DNA from: Auanema rhodensis
Taxonomy: Eukaryota; Animalia; Nematoda
Length of the DNA stretch: 64,000 nt
NCBI GenBank assembly: GCA_964057225.1
Contig: OZ059897.1
Coordinates: 13,144,001 to 13,208,000, forward strand
Reading direction: 5' to 3'
Every line of letters starts with the position of its first letter. Positions within the stretch are counted from its first letter, which is position 1. The notes under the pieces are model-generated. The model worked only from the letters and a program-made list of their open reading frames with translations, did not search any database and was not told where the DNA came from. Positions 25,317 to 38,705 of the stretch are shown here, piece by piece. The position numbers were made by a program, and so were the translations under genes.

Positions 25317-28300
25317 ATGCCTGCAAATGTAGGTATGTCTTCTAGGGACACTAAGCGAAACAATAATCAAAGCAACAACCAAGCAAACAGCCAGGCAAAC
25401 AGCCAGAGTAGTAATAATAATAGTAATATCAGAAACAATAGGAGAATCAATCAAGGTTTGTTATACATTATAATTTAAAAAAATATTTTTTCATTCAGGA
25501 AATGCTATTAATCGTAGAAATAACAACAATATTAAAGCATCTCAAAATCCTAAAAGTTTACAGGATATAAATATGAGCTCTTATGGTAAAATGATCACTC
25601 AGATAAAGGTTTCTAAATTTTCCAAATTTCATCTCATTATGCTCGCAATTGTAGGAAAATTTCTCTGACATTAAATCAATTAGTGATACTCAAGAAGACT
25701 GTACCATTTGCTGTAAAGCAGCAGACATCTTCGGAATCGGAAACTGCAGGTGGTTTGAATAATATATAACAAAATTGAATTATTGGGGTTTTATAGACAT
25801 CCTGTATGTATCGAATGTGCCATTCGAATTCGTATAATATCTAAACAAAACGTATGCCCCGTATGCCGATCGTCTCTGAATAACGTGGGTTTATAATTTT
25901 CATAATTAGCATTCAATATTTTTTCTAGTATTACTTCGTTTTTGCGTCGCAAGGATTAGCTGATTGCCCCCTTCAAATGGCCAAAATAGGACATAAAGAT
26001 GAGGATCGTTATGGTAAATTTGAAGTTATAAGTAAACAATTTGACTTATGAACTACAGGTGTGAGATTCCAAAATCCTGACGCTTGTGAAAGATATGAGC
26101 AATATTTATCCCATACCTGTAAAAAATGTAAAAAGTATGTTCATGCCAATATTACATTTCAATAATAATTTTTCTTAATCTTGTAGTCCTGATGGTAGTC
26201 GTATGTCCTTTCCTAATTTTATTGCTTTACGACAGCATATGCTAGTTGTTCATCAACTCAGTTATTGTGGAATTTGCACCGATAATTTAAGCTCTTTTTC
26301 AAGGTTTGAAAAGCATTTTTTAATTTTTCATATTTTTTCTTAGGGAACGAAAAACATACAATAAAGCTGAACTTCAAAGGCATACTTCCCATGGTGATGG
26401 CGATTATAATAGTCAGAAAGGCCATCCTCAATGCCTTTTCTGTCCAGAGAGATTCTTTGATGAGGAGGGACAGTATCGTCATTTAAGAAAAGACCATTTC
26501 TTCTGTCAGTTATGTGATTTGGATCATAACACTGCCAACAGATTTTTCAAGTAGTTTTATAAAAGAATTGTCTGACTTTTTTTTTACATTCAGACAACAT
26601 TTTGAGCTTATTAAGCATTACAAAGAATCCCATTTCTTATGTCCTGTTTCTGAATGTACATCCATGGGTATTGCCTTTGCCACTAGTTTTGATCTTGATG
26701 TTCATAAGGTGAAATCAAATTCTATTGGTATAATACATCTTACTTTTTTAGTCTAGAGAACACAGTTCCACGAAAACCTTCAGCTTGTTTCCCGATCGAC
26801 CTACCGGAGAACGAAAGTGAGAAACCAAATTATGATTTTAAAATTTTCATATCAATTTTTAGCCGTTTTCGTAATAATAGGCAACAACCAGTGGAAGCAA
26901 CCCCTCCTCCACCTCCTGTTCCTCAACCAACGTGAGCACTCCATTTTTTTCTGTGATTTTTTTTTTCATTATGTTTCAGACGTGAAGTTGTAGTAGTTCG
27001 TTCAGCTCAGTCATCAGGAGCAAGTCTAGTAGGGAGATCACGCTTTACGGACATGACAAATGATTTTCCTTCTCTTTCTGGTTCGGCGCCTATTGCTCCA
27101 AGTGAAAGAGTTAGCATAGTTTATGTATATCTGCTAACGTGTTGACTACTTACAGGTTGTCGTTCCTAGTGAATTCCCTCGTTTATCAAAAACGGGCCGA
27201 CCAAATCAGCAAGCTGCAAAACCTAAGGTAGTATCTTGTTTATTTAAATGTTTTCCACAAAATTTTATTTTCAGAAGCCGGCAAATCCGCAAGAAGATTT
27301 TCCTAGTCTTGGTGGGTCTTCAAGACCACAAACGGCTCCGACCACAACTGAGAATTGGAGAAAACATACGGTACAATTCCCTACTTTGAGGATAAGAATA
27401 ATTATTTACTTCAGGGAGCTTTCGAAGTTATCGATGACGATGAGAGAGCTGGATCGGTGTCTCAGACATCCAATATTCCTCAAACTGCTTTTCAAGCGCC
27501 TCGATCAGTACAAGTTAGATCTGCTCAGAAAAAGGTCAGCTTAATATAAGATATAAAGATATATTAAATTCGTTATGTGATGTCTACCAGTGATATTTTC
27601 TATAGGAACCAGCTTGTGGTAAGAAGCCTTCTCCAGCTCCCATTGTACATACTGAAGATTTTCCTGCTCTTCCTAGTTCAACTGCTCTATCAAACACCAG
27701 CAACTGGGCTGCCAAGGCTAAGAAAGTAGTTTTTGCTTGTTTGATATTTCAATCAATTATATATGTTTAGTCGGCAATAACAGGTGTGAGAATGCCCAAT
27801 AAGAAAAATAACTTACCCCTTCCTGATATGTGGCCTGAAACATCAACAGTTTCATCAAAGCCATATGAGGCTCCTCCACCAGAGGAATGGAAAGAGGTTC
27901 ATATTATGACATATTTTTATATTCATTATTATGTTTATATAATTAGGTACCTGTTACGAAAAAAATGAGTAAGAAGGAAAAAAAAGAACAACAACGAAAG
28001 GTTCAAGAAATGGCAATTAAAGAAGCTGAAAAACTCGCTGAAGAAGAACTAGCTGAAAGCCGCCGTAAAATGTTGGAACCTCCTGATGAAGGCAAATCAG
28101 ATTTATGAAATTTCCAATATTATTATGTGTTTTTTAGATCTTGAAATGCAAGCTGCGCTCATGAGAGATATTCAAGCCAGCTCTAATATACAAAAAGTCG
28201 AAGTTTGTTTGGTTTTAATTACTTTTTTCACAAGCTTCATTATTAGGAATCGTCATCTAAAAGTAAAAAGAAAAAAAACAAATGTGCAAGTAATGAAAAG

Positions 28301-29033
28301 AAAAAAGACGATTTTTCTGCTGTGAATAGCGTTATTCCTACAACTAAAAAGGAACAAGGAAAACAAAGCAATAAAAATCATACAATTGCAAAAGTTCAAA
28401 CTGAAACTCCATCTGAAACTCCATCGGAAGAAAATGCTCCTGAAGGGAGTTTAACATCTGTAAGCTTAAATCCTCCTTTCTATAAAAAAAAACTTTTTTA
28501 GTGGTTGAAGTGCTCTGTATCGTCAATGTTTTCGGGACTTTCATTATCCAACATAATGGGAGATTATTCAGCTCCTCTCACATCTTTTCCTTCTACTCCT
28601 GTTAATCAAACGGAATCAGTATGTTTATTATCAATGTATATAAAAAAAATGTTATTGTAGTCGTTTGGTACTCCATCATCTAACTCTACTTATGCCACTC
28701 CTCCTGGCATTCAAGATTCTTCTAGTCCAATTTCCAGCGACGGTGTATCTAAATCTTCTTCGTCTGTTGTATACACAGCTCCTCCTGGTTTTGAAAATAT
28801 TGTTTTGGATTCATCATCTTCCGAAAATACTGCTGAGTAGGTTTATTTCTTTCTTGTAATATATGAAAAATTCTTGTATTTGTAATAAACATATCAATTT
28901 CAGAAACCAGAACAAAACTCCTCAAATGTTTTCGATGGCTCCATTTATTTCAAAAAATGATGTTAAGCCTAAAAGTGCTCCGTTGTCGAACATTAAAAAA
29001 GAAGAAGACGGGTGGATTAGAATGAAAAAATAA
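25317..29033 (+). CDS. znf-598: ZNF598/Hel2 ribosome quality-control RING E3 ligase
   Basis: RING CTICC..IGNCRHPVCIECAIR..CPVCR, C2H2 fingers (GHPQCLFCPERFFDEEGQYRHLRKDHFFCQLC), repeated DFPSL-type motifs. Stop TAA at 29031-29033. Confidence 0.92.
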
Positions 29034-29350
29034 GTGCCTTTCAACAGATTCTGAAATTAAAGTTCTATTTGTTTCACAACTTCAGGAAGTCGTTTAGAGT
29101 ATTCTTAGTAGCTTCCATAAGGTTTTTTTTATTTTTAATAATTATTGTTACTTTCATCATCCGTTCTTAATATACAATTTTGCTTTTTCAAGTGGGTATG
29201 GGTAACCTCGATGTTTTTATGAACGATTAATTGATTTATAAAGGTGTCAAACCGTGTTACTTTTATTCTTAATTATTAAGTCATATAGTCAGAAAAACAA
29301 TGCTTCAAATTATGTTCCAGACCAGAAAAATCCTAAATAGATAGTACGTT

Positions 29351-29429
29351 GTCAACAGTTAGCATCATTACCTGACAGTATTAGACGGCATTTTGGCTCT
29401 AATACAAGCAGGTAAGACGCTACCTGACG
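29351..29429 (-). ncRNA. mir-236: microRNA precursor mir-236 (miR-8/miR-200 family); mature 29383-29361
   Basis: 3' arm UAAUACUGUCAGGUAAUGAUGCU is one nt from C. elegans miR-236 as recalled. It pairs with the 5' arm CGUCUUACCUGCUUGUAUUAGA in a clean hairpin. Confidence 0.95.
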
Positions 29430-30659
29430 ACTTAAACAAAGAATATACAATTAGTGGATTATGCTTAGAAATGAAGAAGGAATGTTTCGGGAATCAACAT
29501 TTTGTCGACAAGCTGTCACGGGTGTGAAGAGTGGTCAGTGGCCACAGTGGGCTTACAGTGAGCTGACTGACCACTACCAGCAGAACATTGAGCTCCGCCT
29601 CAGTGACCAAACATGATTAGAGTACGGTATTTAAAGAGAGGATAAGAGAAGTTAAGAATAAGATAGAATTTTAAAACAATGAGAGACAGAGAATCGAAGA
29701 AGAAAAAGATGAGTACTTGATGGGATGAGAGCTGCTTCAGAGCAAAACACAGGACCGACAAGTCTGTATTCTCTTTAACAAGGACAGTAAGAGTGGAGTA
29801 GAGAAATTTTCATTCGCAAAAGCTAGTTATCAATGGACGGGGTATGCTGATTATCTAAGGAAATCGAAATATGCTTATTTGAGTCATAAAATCTTTGTTC
29901 GTAGGCTGATAAATTCAAATGGAAATCAGCAAAAGTTATGTGAGAATATTAACCTTGATTCTAGTAATGGAAATAATATCTTATCGAAACCAAGCAAATG
30001 CACTGGATGATGTGTTTGGGAAAATCTATGCGATTTTGTCTCGAATAAGAACATGCAAATGTGAAAATAAACTGAAAGCTTATTGCATATCATTTAATCG
30101 CAAAGTATGGTTTCTTGTTGTGCTTCAAAAGCTTGCAATCTTAAAGTTTTCTCTGAATATGTAAAATATCAGCTATCTAGCTCTAGCCAATTTTTCTAGA
30201 TTCTTTATTTTTGGAAGAAATTTCAGTTTAATCCTCTTACATGAGTGAAGACATATAACAAAATGTATAAAAAACTTAGAACTTAAGTGAAACAGATTTT
30301 ACGATCGTCATTGAAGACAAACGTTCAGAGTACATATATGAACAAAAAGCGGAAATGATCAAAAAGTGGGCCAGATCATTATCCGTAAAACGGATAGATT
30401 AATTTAACATTACCAGCTACCTTGATAGTATAAGACAGAGAACTTCAAGTGTGATAGAAACTAATAAAACTTCTAATTAGTATGAATAAAAGTTTTGAGA
30501 AATCTCGGATCTCTGTCGTATGTGGAAAATAATAAAAATATTTTCTAGTATATAGTAAGTAATGTTGCAGTATTGTAACACAATCCAATAATTAAAAGTA
30601 GTAGAATGCTAAAACCCAACGAACCTTAATGATGACGTGGATCGCTACCGTGTCTACGG

Positions 30660-31400
30660 TATTATCAGATGATAAGACACCTTTCGCAACGACTGAGAGC
30701 AGGGGAAGCACTGCCTGCTACTGCATTATGCCTCAGGATAAAGAGAAAATGGAAGCCTATTTCGTTGAAATAAAGCAAAAGAGGGAGGAGCATCAGGAAT
30801 AACATAACGAGAAAATCCATATCAGAAGTAAATGACTATCTTTACAAGAATAGATTTTTGAAAGAAGAACATAAAACGAATTTACAATGTGAATCAACTA
30901 TTTGCTATAGATTGTTTAAACAAGCAGACATAAAAAACGAAGAAAACTACCTTGAATAAAAACTTTGTTTTCTTTAATGAACGAATATCATAAACAGATA
31001 ATAATTATAAGATAAACAATATTTATTAGATAAAATCTTTATATTGTTTCATTAATTTTGTAGAAAAGTAGAAACAGACGTTTTTATATGATAAAAACTA
31101 TGTTGATTGGGAAATCAGAATAGCTAGGTCTATTTGAATCTTTGCGTGTTCCTGGTTCAGACAAGATGAAAGGGAACTTCCTTCGAAAGAAGTGTAATCT
31201 GTCTGGAAATATGGACTCTGTTGTCTGGGAAGCTGCATTATAAGATCAAGCTGGCTGGCTTATCGGGTGATCGCTGGTTTATCAGATAGGTCACAGCAGT
31301 ATTTTCAAAAAGTTGACGATAATTAGGTTGGGTAAAGAATTGGATTGTTATTGTGCAGGATAAGATAAACGAACAGACTTTTTTCTGAGCTGTTTTTATC
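30660..31400. promoter_or_regulatory. Cluster of GATA sites, candidate endodermal enhancer or promoter upstream of mir-236
   Basis: TTATCA/TGATAA pair at 30662-30675, CTTATC ~31239, TTATCAGATA ~31259, GATAAGATAA ~31360 and TTATCT ~31396, in a gene-free stretch. Confidence 0.45.
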
Positions 31401-32690
31401 TTAGCGAGCTTTCCTAGTTTTTATGATCAGTTCTCTGCTTATATTTTTTGCACAAATATGGTTATTTTATTTTTTCAATCTTACTGTATAACCGGATATA
31501 CAGACGTAGTAGCAACGTTTGTTGACCTGAAGCGTGTCCGGCAAATTGTCCGCATAACCTCTCGATTATGATGATTAGAAGCAAACTAAACAAACACAAT
31601 CTCAGCTCTACTATCTTCTTCAGTTTTCCTTAATATCTCTTTTTACTTTGCCACTCTCTTAGAACTCCTTTGTATTTTACGTCTTTTGACCTCTACCTTA
31701 TGCTTTCAACTCTCTTATTCCTCGCCTTGTTCGTCGTCTTTCTCTTGAAAAGACTTGTAATCACTCATGTCAATAGAACACTTGAGAGCGGAAGAAGAGC
31801 AAGAACCCAAAATTCCGAAAACAGTTTCCTGTTGAAATAAGTGAACAACATGGTGTTAGATGGCTTAAGCATACCATAATCATGCTTGTACCTCTCCCCT
31901 AAACATCACTTAGCATATATAATTAATACTTTACATGTAAAGCCTATTTTCAAATATTTTAAGGTCATATTAGGAAAGTCGAAATAAATCTTATTCATAA
32001 TATTAACAAATGAATCATCTTCTATTGAAATTTACCAATGTACTAAGCACACTGCAAAGCTAAAAAAAGTAACTTCTACAGCAAAGGGAGAAAAATAACT
32101 TGGAATGGTAGAAAGGAAAATAGAGAAGACGTCGGGAAGATCTAGAGGTATGTATGTTATCCTAATAAGGACTTAATATACATATTTGCTCACTTGTCTA
32201 AGCAAGTGGTGGTAGAGAAGTGGAGATTATATAGATGAATGTTCTACAGTTATAAGATACACACAAAATTTTTTTCTTGGAAGGGATACTAAGGTTAACC
32301 AAATGAACGTAGATTGAGAGAATTTTTTTCGAAGTAAATGAGTAACAGAAAAGAAAAAATTCAGCTGTGAAGATGAATTTAGGAAGATTTATTTGAAGAT
32401 AACGTTCTCCATTTTGTTCTTTTTTATTTTAAAATAAAAATAAAAGTATAAAAGCTTTATTGGTGATCAAGTTTAGCAATAAAAACATAGATCAATGAGG
32501 ATATGATATGGAAGTATCGAACATCAAATGAGAATAAGCATGACAATGAATGATGAGAACCAATGAAACAGAGAACCATTGAAATAAAAAGTTAGATAAT
32601 GTTGTTATACACAGATACATGAGAGAAGAAAGAGATGAAGTATGAAGCCAAGAGTATAGAGGTAGATTAAGAGTTAAATAGATGATCTAT

Positions 32691-32983
32691 TTATCCCCAA
32701 TATCCTCCATAAGGCATAACTCCATATCCTCCGTATCCGTATGGGTATGCTCCATAACCAGGATACCCTCCAACAACAAATTGCCTTTTAACACGTGGAA
32801 CAAACGATCTGAATATGGAAAATTGATTGGGTATCAAGTTTAAAAAGCTGAAGATTGCAATAATTTAAAGAATACTTACTCGAGAGGTAGAGGAGTTGGG
32901 AAGGTATCATCTTCACATTTGACGACGACCATGAAAATAGTAAGGAAGGTGAGTAACAGAATTGTAGCACCGGAGGAATTCAT
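32691..32983 (-). CDS. Gly/Tyr-rich secreted peptide precursor (nlp-29/caenacin-type antimicrobial peptide), 2 exons
   Basis: Signal peptide MNSSGATILLLTFLTIFMVVVKC, propeptide, KR site, then QFVVGGYPGYGAYPYGYGGYGVMPYGGYWG*. Confidence 0.85.
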
Positions 32984-34353
32984 GATGAAATCTCAGTTGT
33001 TAGAATATACTGACGATGAACGGCGTTTTATACTTAATCTAGGAGGTGGGAAGAAAACAATTACTCAATAACATTCAGGTCAGGTTAGCCATGCTGCTAA
33101 AAACAAGTTTTAGTAAAGTTTTTGAAACAGAATAGGTGAAGTTGATGCAAAGGCCAAAGAAGGGTGAAACAATTATCATATTTTTTTTTACATTTCTTCA
33201 AATAAAAACTCTTAAGAATGATGCTACTTATTCATATTTTAAAAAGAAAAATTGAATAAAAAATGGCAGCAATAACATAAAAAAACATGGTTGAAACAAA
33301 ATTACTATAATTGAATATTCCTTCACTATATGATCTTCGATGCTTTATAATTTTCTTCACGTTGTTATAAATTACTCTTGTAGCATAAATATACTTATGC
33401 TTAAAATATTATCAGAAAGAATAAATGAACAAATTGATAGATCGAAGTACAAAATTTGGTATGGTGATGTCAATATTCTTCTGTTCATATTTTTTTTGAT
33501 AAAATTTATTATCTTCGTGTCAATTCCGAATTTTCAAGAAAAATAACCAGTTCACTTGAAGAGGAATTGTTGAAGCAGTACAAATATATGGTGAATGTAC
33601 TCAAAATCCATGAAATAATTAGAAAACTTTCAATTTTGGGATTAAATAATGAACAATGAAAAGTATGACTAATTGATGTTTTCGATACATATAACGAAAC
33701 AAAATGTTAATTTAATATGAGAACAAGGGGTCAGTTAAGTTCACTTTTATGACCACAAAGAGCAACGCATACACCAAAGTCAGCTTTAGGTCGTTTTGAA
33801 TACGAAAAGTCATTCTAAGGACAAGCTGTTGCCATGTGTCTTCTCATGTTGCTTCTGTTTTTAAATGCTCATATGTAAGCATTCTCATCATCCTCAAGTG
33901 GTGTAGGGTGATAGGATTAAACATCTATTATTTTTGAAAATAATCTCCGCACATTTCTAAGCCTTAAATGTTCATTTCGTTCCTATATGAACCATTTTTC
34001 TTTTTCAGCTTTTGTCATAAACTTTTTATTTTTTTGGTACTTGAAAGTTGGATTATTATAACTCAGTTCCTAATCCGTGTCTTTCATTCTTTCATGACCA
34101 TAAATACGTCCCTCCCTTCCCCTAGGGTCATATTTCGCTTCTTCAGACATCAGCAATTGTCACCCAGATGCTTAGAGGATCTATAGTTGTATGCTTGTTC
34201 GTATTCAGTTGATATGATACATGTGACTTCTTCTTTTTCATTTATTAATTCAATATTTTATTTTTTATTTCCGTATTGATCATAAAAGTTTTGAGTATCA
34301 TTATGTTAACCAATAATGGAATAATGAAGCATTTTTCAGGTTTTTCTATAAAA

Positions 34354-35104
34354 ATGTTGTATTTCGGTTTACTTATTAATACATTTGTAATTTATACTTC
34401 AATAGCTATTGACGATCGAAAATTGTATCATCCTCCCCCAACATCAGTAAGATTACATAAATGTTTTTAGCTTTGAAATCCATTTTCTTCTTCAGCATAT
34501 TAACAATACATTATCATGTATTAAAGGGTATGGTAATAATACTTCAATCAATTGCAATGGAGCTAACTTTGTTCAAACTCATGGATTGTATGCTCTCAAT
34601 TTATGTTCAAAGGTTAATAATTGTTCAAATTTTAGTTACCAGCCATGTTCTCGTCATTCTCATTGCTATAAGTCAAGAGAACCTTCCGATTGGTGTATAA
34701 TGACTTCTAATTACAAATGGCTGTATGTTTCCTATTATATATAAAAAAAGAAATAAACCACATATGAAACAAGCGCTTAAGCCACTCAAAACTTGTTTGT
34801 TTTTGTTACTTTTTTTTCAAAAATAAATATTCTTGTTGTTGAATTATGCCGTCTTTGGAAAATAATGCTTTTCAATATATATATGTATTTTCAGTAACGC
34901 CGGTTGTCATTGTGACAGAAAACTAAGAAGTTGTTTGATAGAAAGATATGATTCAGAGTAAGTATTCATATTCATAACATTTTGTAGATAAACCATATAT
35001 GTATCTATAGATCTCGGCAACACGAATGGGCATATTGCGTTCCAAACAGTGAATTCTTCTGTGATAATTGGGCAAAAAATGCAAGAAAAATGATTCCAAA
35101 TTAA
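34354..35104 (+). CDS. Small secreted cysteine-rich protein (5 exons), family unassigned
   Basis: Signal peptide MLYFGLLINTFVIYTSIA, then CIKGYQPCSRHSHCYKSREPSDWC..W..AGCHCDRKLRSCLIER..EWAYCVP..FFC. Confidence 0.75.
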
Positions 35105-35298
35105 GCTTTAGCTTTTAAATTTCGTTGGTAACAGCTTTCTATTTCATACTGCGTTCATTTTAAGATCTCTTGAGTATTTTAATAATTTTGTTTTATCTTT
35201 AATACTCACTTAGACACCGAATCAAATATAATTTATTTCCCTATATAACTTTGAAATATTTTTTTAAACTTAGCAGCTACATGTGTTTCATTAATTAG

Positions 35299-37436
35299 CT
35301 AACCTTTACAACACAAGAAGCCAGTTGTACTAGCCGATGGTAGGCACTTATACTCAAATGGACATCTGAAAGAAAAACTTCTTCTATGAAAAAATACAAA
35401 ATGGAAAAGAACTTACGAAATATCGAGAAACCCTGTGCACCTTCTTATTTCATTATTATGCTCATATCGCGCAGCTGTATGACCGAACCAACAAGTTGGT
35501 GGATCCGACTCAATTGGTATAGGCATAATTGGCTTTACTCGAGGACTCAGAGGCATTGGGGAAGTACCTAAATAAATTAAACAAATTATATATAATTATG
35601 ATTTTTTTTGATATTTATGAGTATACAGCAAACCGTAACATCAGTATAATTCCTGAGCGTCACCAGTACTGCCAAAAATTAAACTCCTGACCTGTTGCGG
35701 AATTTCGTTTAGGAACAATTGGTGCAGTCACAAGCCAGTTATCAATAGCGAGAGGACAACAATACAATTTGCTATTTAATGTTTTTGAACAGATGTATCC
35801 AGCCTAGATAACAAACTGTTTTATAAAACCTTTACGAATACTGCTAACTCGTGGACAAGGTGCGCCTTCCTCGGGGCAAATGAGATAAGTATCCTGAATT
35901 GTCATAGGCAAATTTCCATCAGTACAAATGGGCACTTCCGATATTTCATCTTCCTCTTCTTCATTTTCTTCGTCATCGTCTTCCTCATTTGAACTTAATA
36001 ATGTGTGCATTGAGCAATCGAACACCAATAACTAACCTTGTAGTCGATGTTGTTATCACAGAAGCAATTCTATTAGGCCTCAATGTAAGAGCTATTTTTC
36101 TTGGAACAGGTGTAGAAGTGGCAGAACTGAATACAGTCAGGGCAGACTTTCTAGTTGATATTATGAAAGGAGGTTGTGTTACTACATCTCGGTCTTCGTC
36201 TTGGCAACAAATAAAACTATTTTTAACATTTGATTCCATACACGTGTAATTAACAGGGCATTTATTATTAAAAATGGAACATTTTTCTCCATTGCTAAAA
36301 TAATAATAAAATTTATAATAACGTTTTGAATATGCGTAGCTACCTTCTACGATTGTTGGGGCACTCTAGTTGACGCACTTGTAAAGGGCAACACCATCGC
36401 TGCCCTTGAATCTAAAAAGCTTTGATATAGAACACCCGAATTTGATGATATTATTATTTTCCAGAAAGAACAAACTTCTTCACACTTTTCGTCCAATCTG
36501 CAACCACCGGCACATACAGATCGAGCCCTTTTGCCACTAGAACAGACGGCGTATGAACAACAAACTTGAGAACCAGTTGAAGTAGTTGTGCATTCAAATC
36601 TACATTTGAAAAATAGTGTTTAAACTCTACGAACATTAAAATAACTACCCTCGATCACAAGGAATTTTGGAACAGTCTCTTGCCAAAACTCCATCCAATT
36701 TCACATGACTTCCAACTCCACAAAGAGAGCCATATGATTGACAACAAATAGAAACATCTGAACCACGGAAAGGAACACATATTCTGTAATTTCCACCCAT
36801 TGACTTTTTTTCACCTTTTTCCCATACCCATTTTTACAATCTTTACAGAGAACTAAATGTTTATTCTCATGACGAACGACGGGATAGCTAGCTAAAGTGC
36901 AACAACTTGAAAGACCTTCAAACGAATTTTGTTACCTGGACATACACCATTAGCAGATTGATTTGGAACAAGTGATGTACTTATAGGAGAGCGTCTCATA
37001 GCTTTATCAGCACAACATATACTCATTCCTGCTCGACTACTTGGTACGCACAATGTGTCAGAAGGACAGTTTTGTTTTATTTTAGGCAGGCATGAAAATC
37101 CAGTAGAAAATCTTAAAGTTGAACCAAATCTTGAATTTAGAAATTTAATAGAAATCACCTAAATTTAGTATCCAAGCAAACTGGAGGCTTAATACAGCAG
37201 ATACCCTGGATACATATAGAATCGGTTGGACAAATATCATCACAAGTTCGTACATGAGCTTTACCACTTAATGGCAAATATCCTTCAGGGCACAAATCTC
37301 AAAAATGATATTCTTAAAATTTATATAACATTGTTCTGATACTTTTTAAATATTCATAGGTAGTTGGACGTTCTGCTTCAACATATAATGATGCAAATAA
37401 AAATAAAGATATAATCGAAACTGTGAATCTAATCAT
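35299..37436 (-). CDS. Secreted protein with tandem Cys-rich (WR1/lustrin-like) modules and an acidic linker
   Basis: Signal peptide MIRFTVSIISLFLFASLYVEA. Repeated CP.G...C....CP....C......ICC modules. EEDDDEENEEEEDE linker. Ends GFLCCKG*. Confidence 0.85.
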
Positions 37437-38705
37437 AAGGTAAGTGAGGATATGGGAGGAAGTTGGAAGAGAATTATGAGCGAAGATGTTTCGTTCTCAA
37501 TTATATGTTGACCATGCACGTGAATATACATTCTGCGTGATCCTCATAGCCCACTTATTCATATTTTTCTAGGACATATTTGCAGAAAATCCTTAATATT
37601 CTTCATATATTATACATATATACTTGAGTTTTTGAATAAAATAGAAAGTTTTCTAAAAAATCTTCACCATGGTACGAATTCTATAATTTTCTTGAATGAT
37701 ATAAGATATTAAATGCACTTCAGTAATATTGAGCCTATAGAGAATATATGCTTAGATACTAGCTTAATGCAAAAAATTCATATATATCCTCAGCACAACA
37801 CAAACAACATGCTCTTATCAAACATTGTTTAAGATGAAGGCAGGAATCAAACAAGCACACCTATGAATATCTATATTTTATATAGTTAAACAAGAGAAAA
37901 CATCCCTTAGATGAATGAATTGTATTAATTCCTTTGTTAATAATAAGTTTTGTTAATAAAAATTCTTATGTATGTTCTATTTTGCTGTTTAAAAACCAAA
38001 TAATTTCAAATATATATTATCAGGTATTCTTTGATTTGTTATCATTCTTATCAGATGAAATGTTGTAGTGTTATTACTTGTTCTAAACATTTTATTACAA
38101 AAAATCTATATTTGTATAAAGAAAACTGAACTGTATAAATGTTTGATGTCTAGTTTAGACTCTTTGTGTTTTTCTTATTTTCGGGCTCACGAAATATTTC
38201 GGACTTTTTCTGATAATTTGTTCATAGTATGAAGTTCATGTTTAAACAAAGAAGTAATTCCAACTGAATCTTGCTTTTTTTTACTATCTAATTAATTTAG
38301 TATTGAAATATAATATTTCATTCATAATCTTATTACAAACAAGAATTGTAGAATAAATTGTAAAGTTAGATTTAAATTTAGAATGAGTATACTAGACAGT
38401 TAGGATACCCATGCAGTTGTTGATCATTTATTTCGGTTTTCGTGGAAAATCGATTGATTTTATTTTTTATCTCAGTTGAAATATTGTCCATAAGCAGTAT
38501 ATTAGCATTGTGGTCTTTTAAAGATGAGATAACGATTGATCCATTTGTAATGTGTGCCAGTATTAGTGCGAGCGACCTTGTCCATTTTGGTATGGGTGCG
38601 TGGTTGCGATAATATTCTTCATTCCTACCTTCACTTTTCTTTCTGGATATTGAATCTATACGTACTTCATATTTGAGCATATAATATATTACAGGGTCCG
38701 AAACC

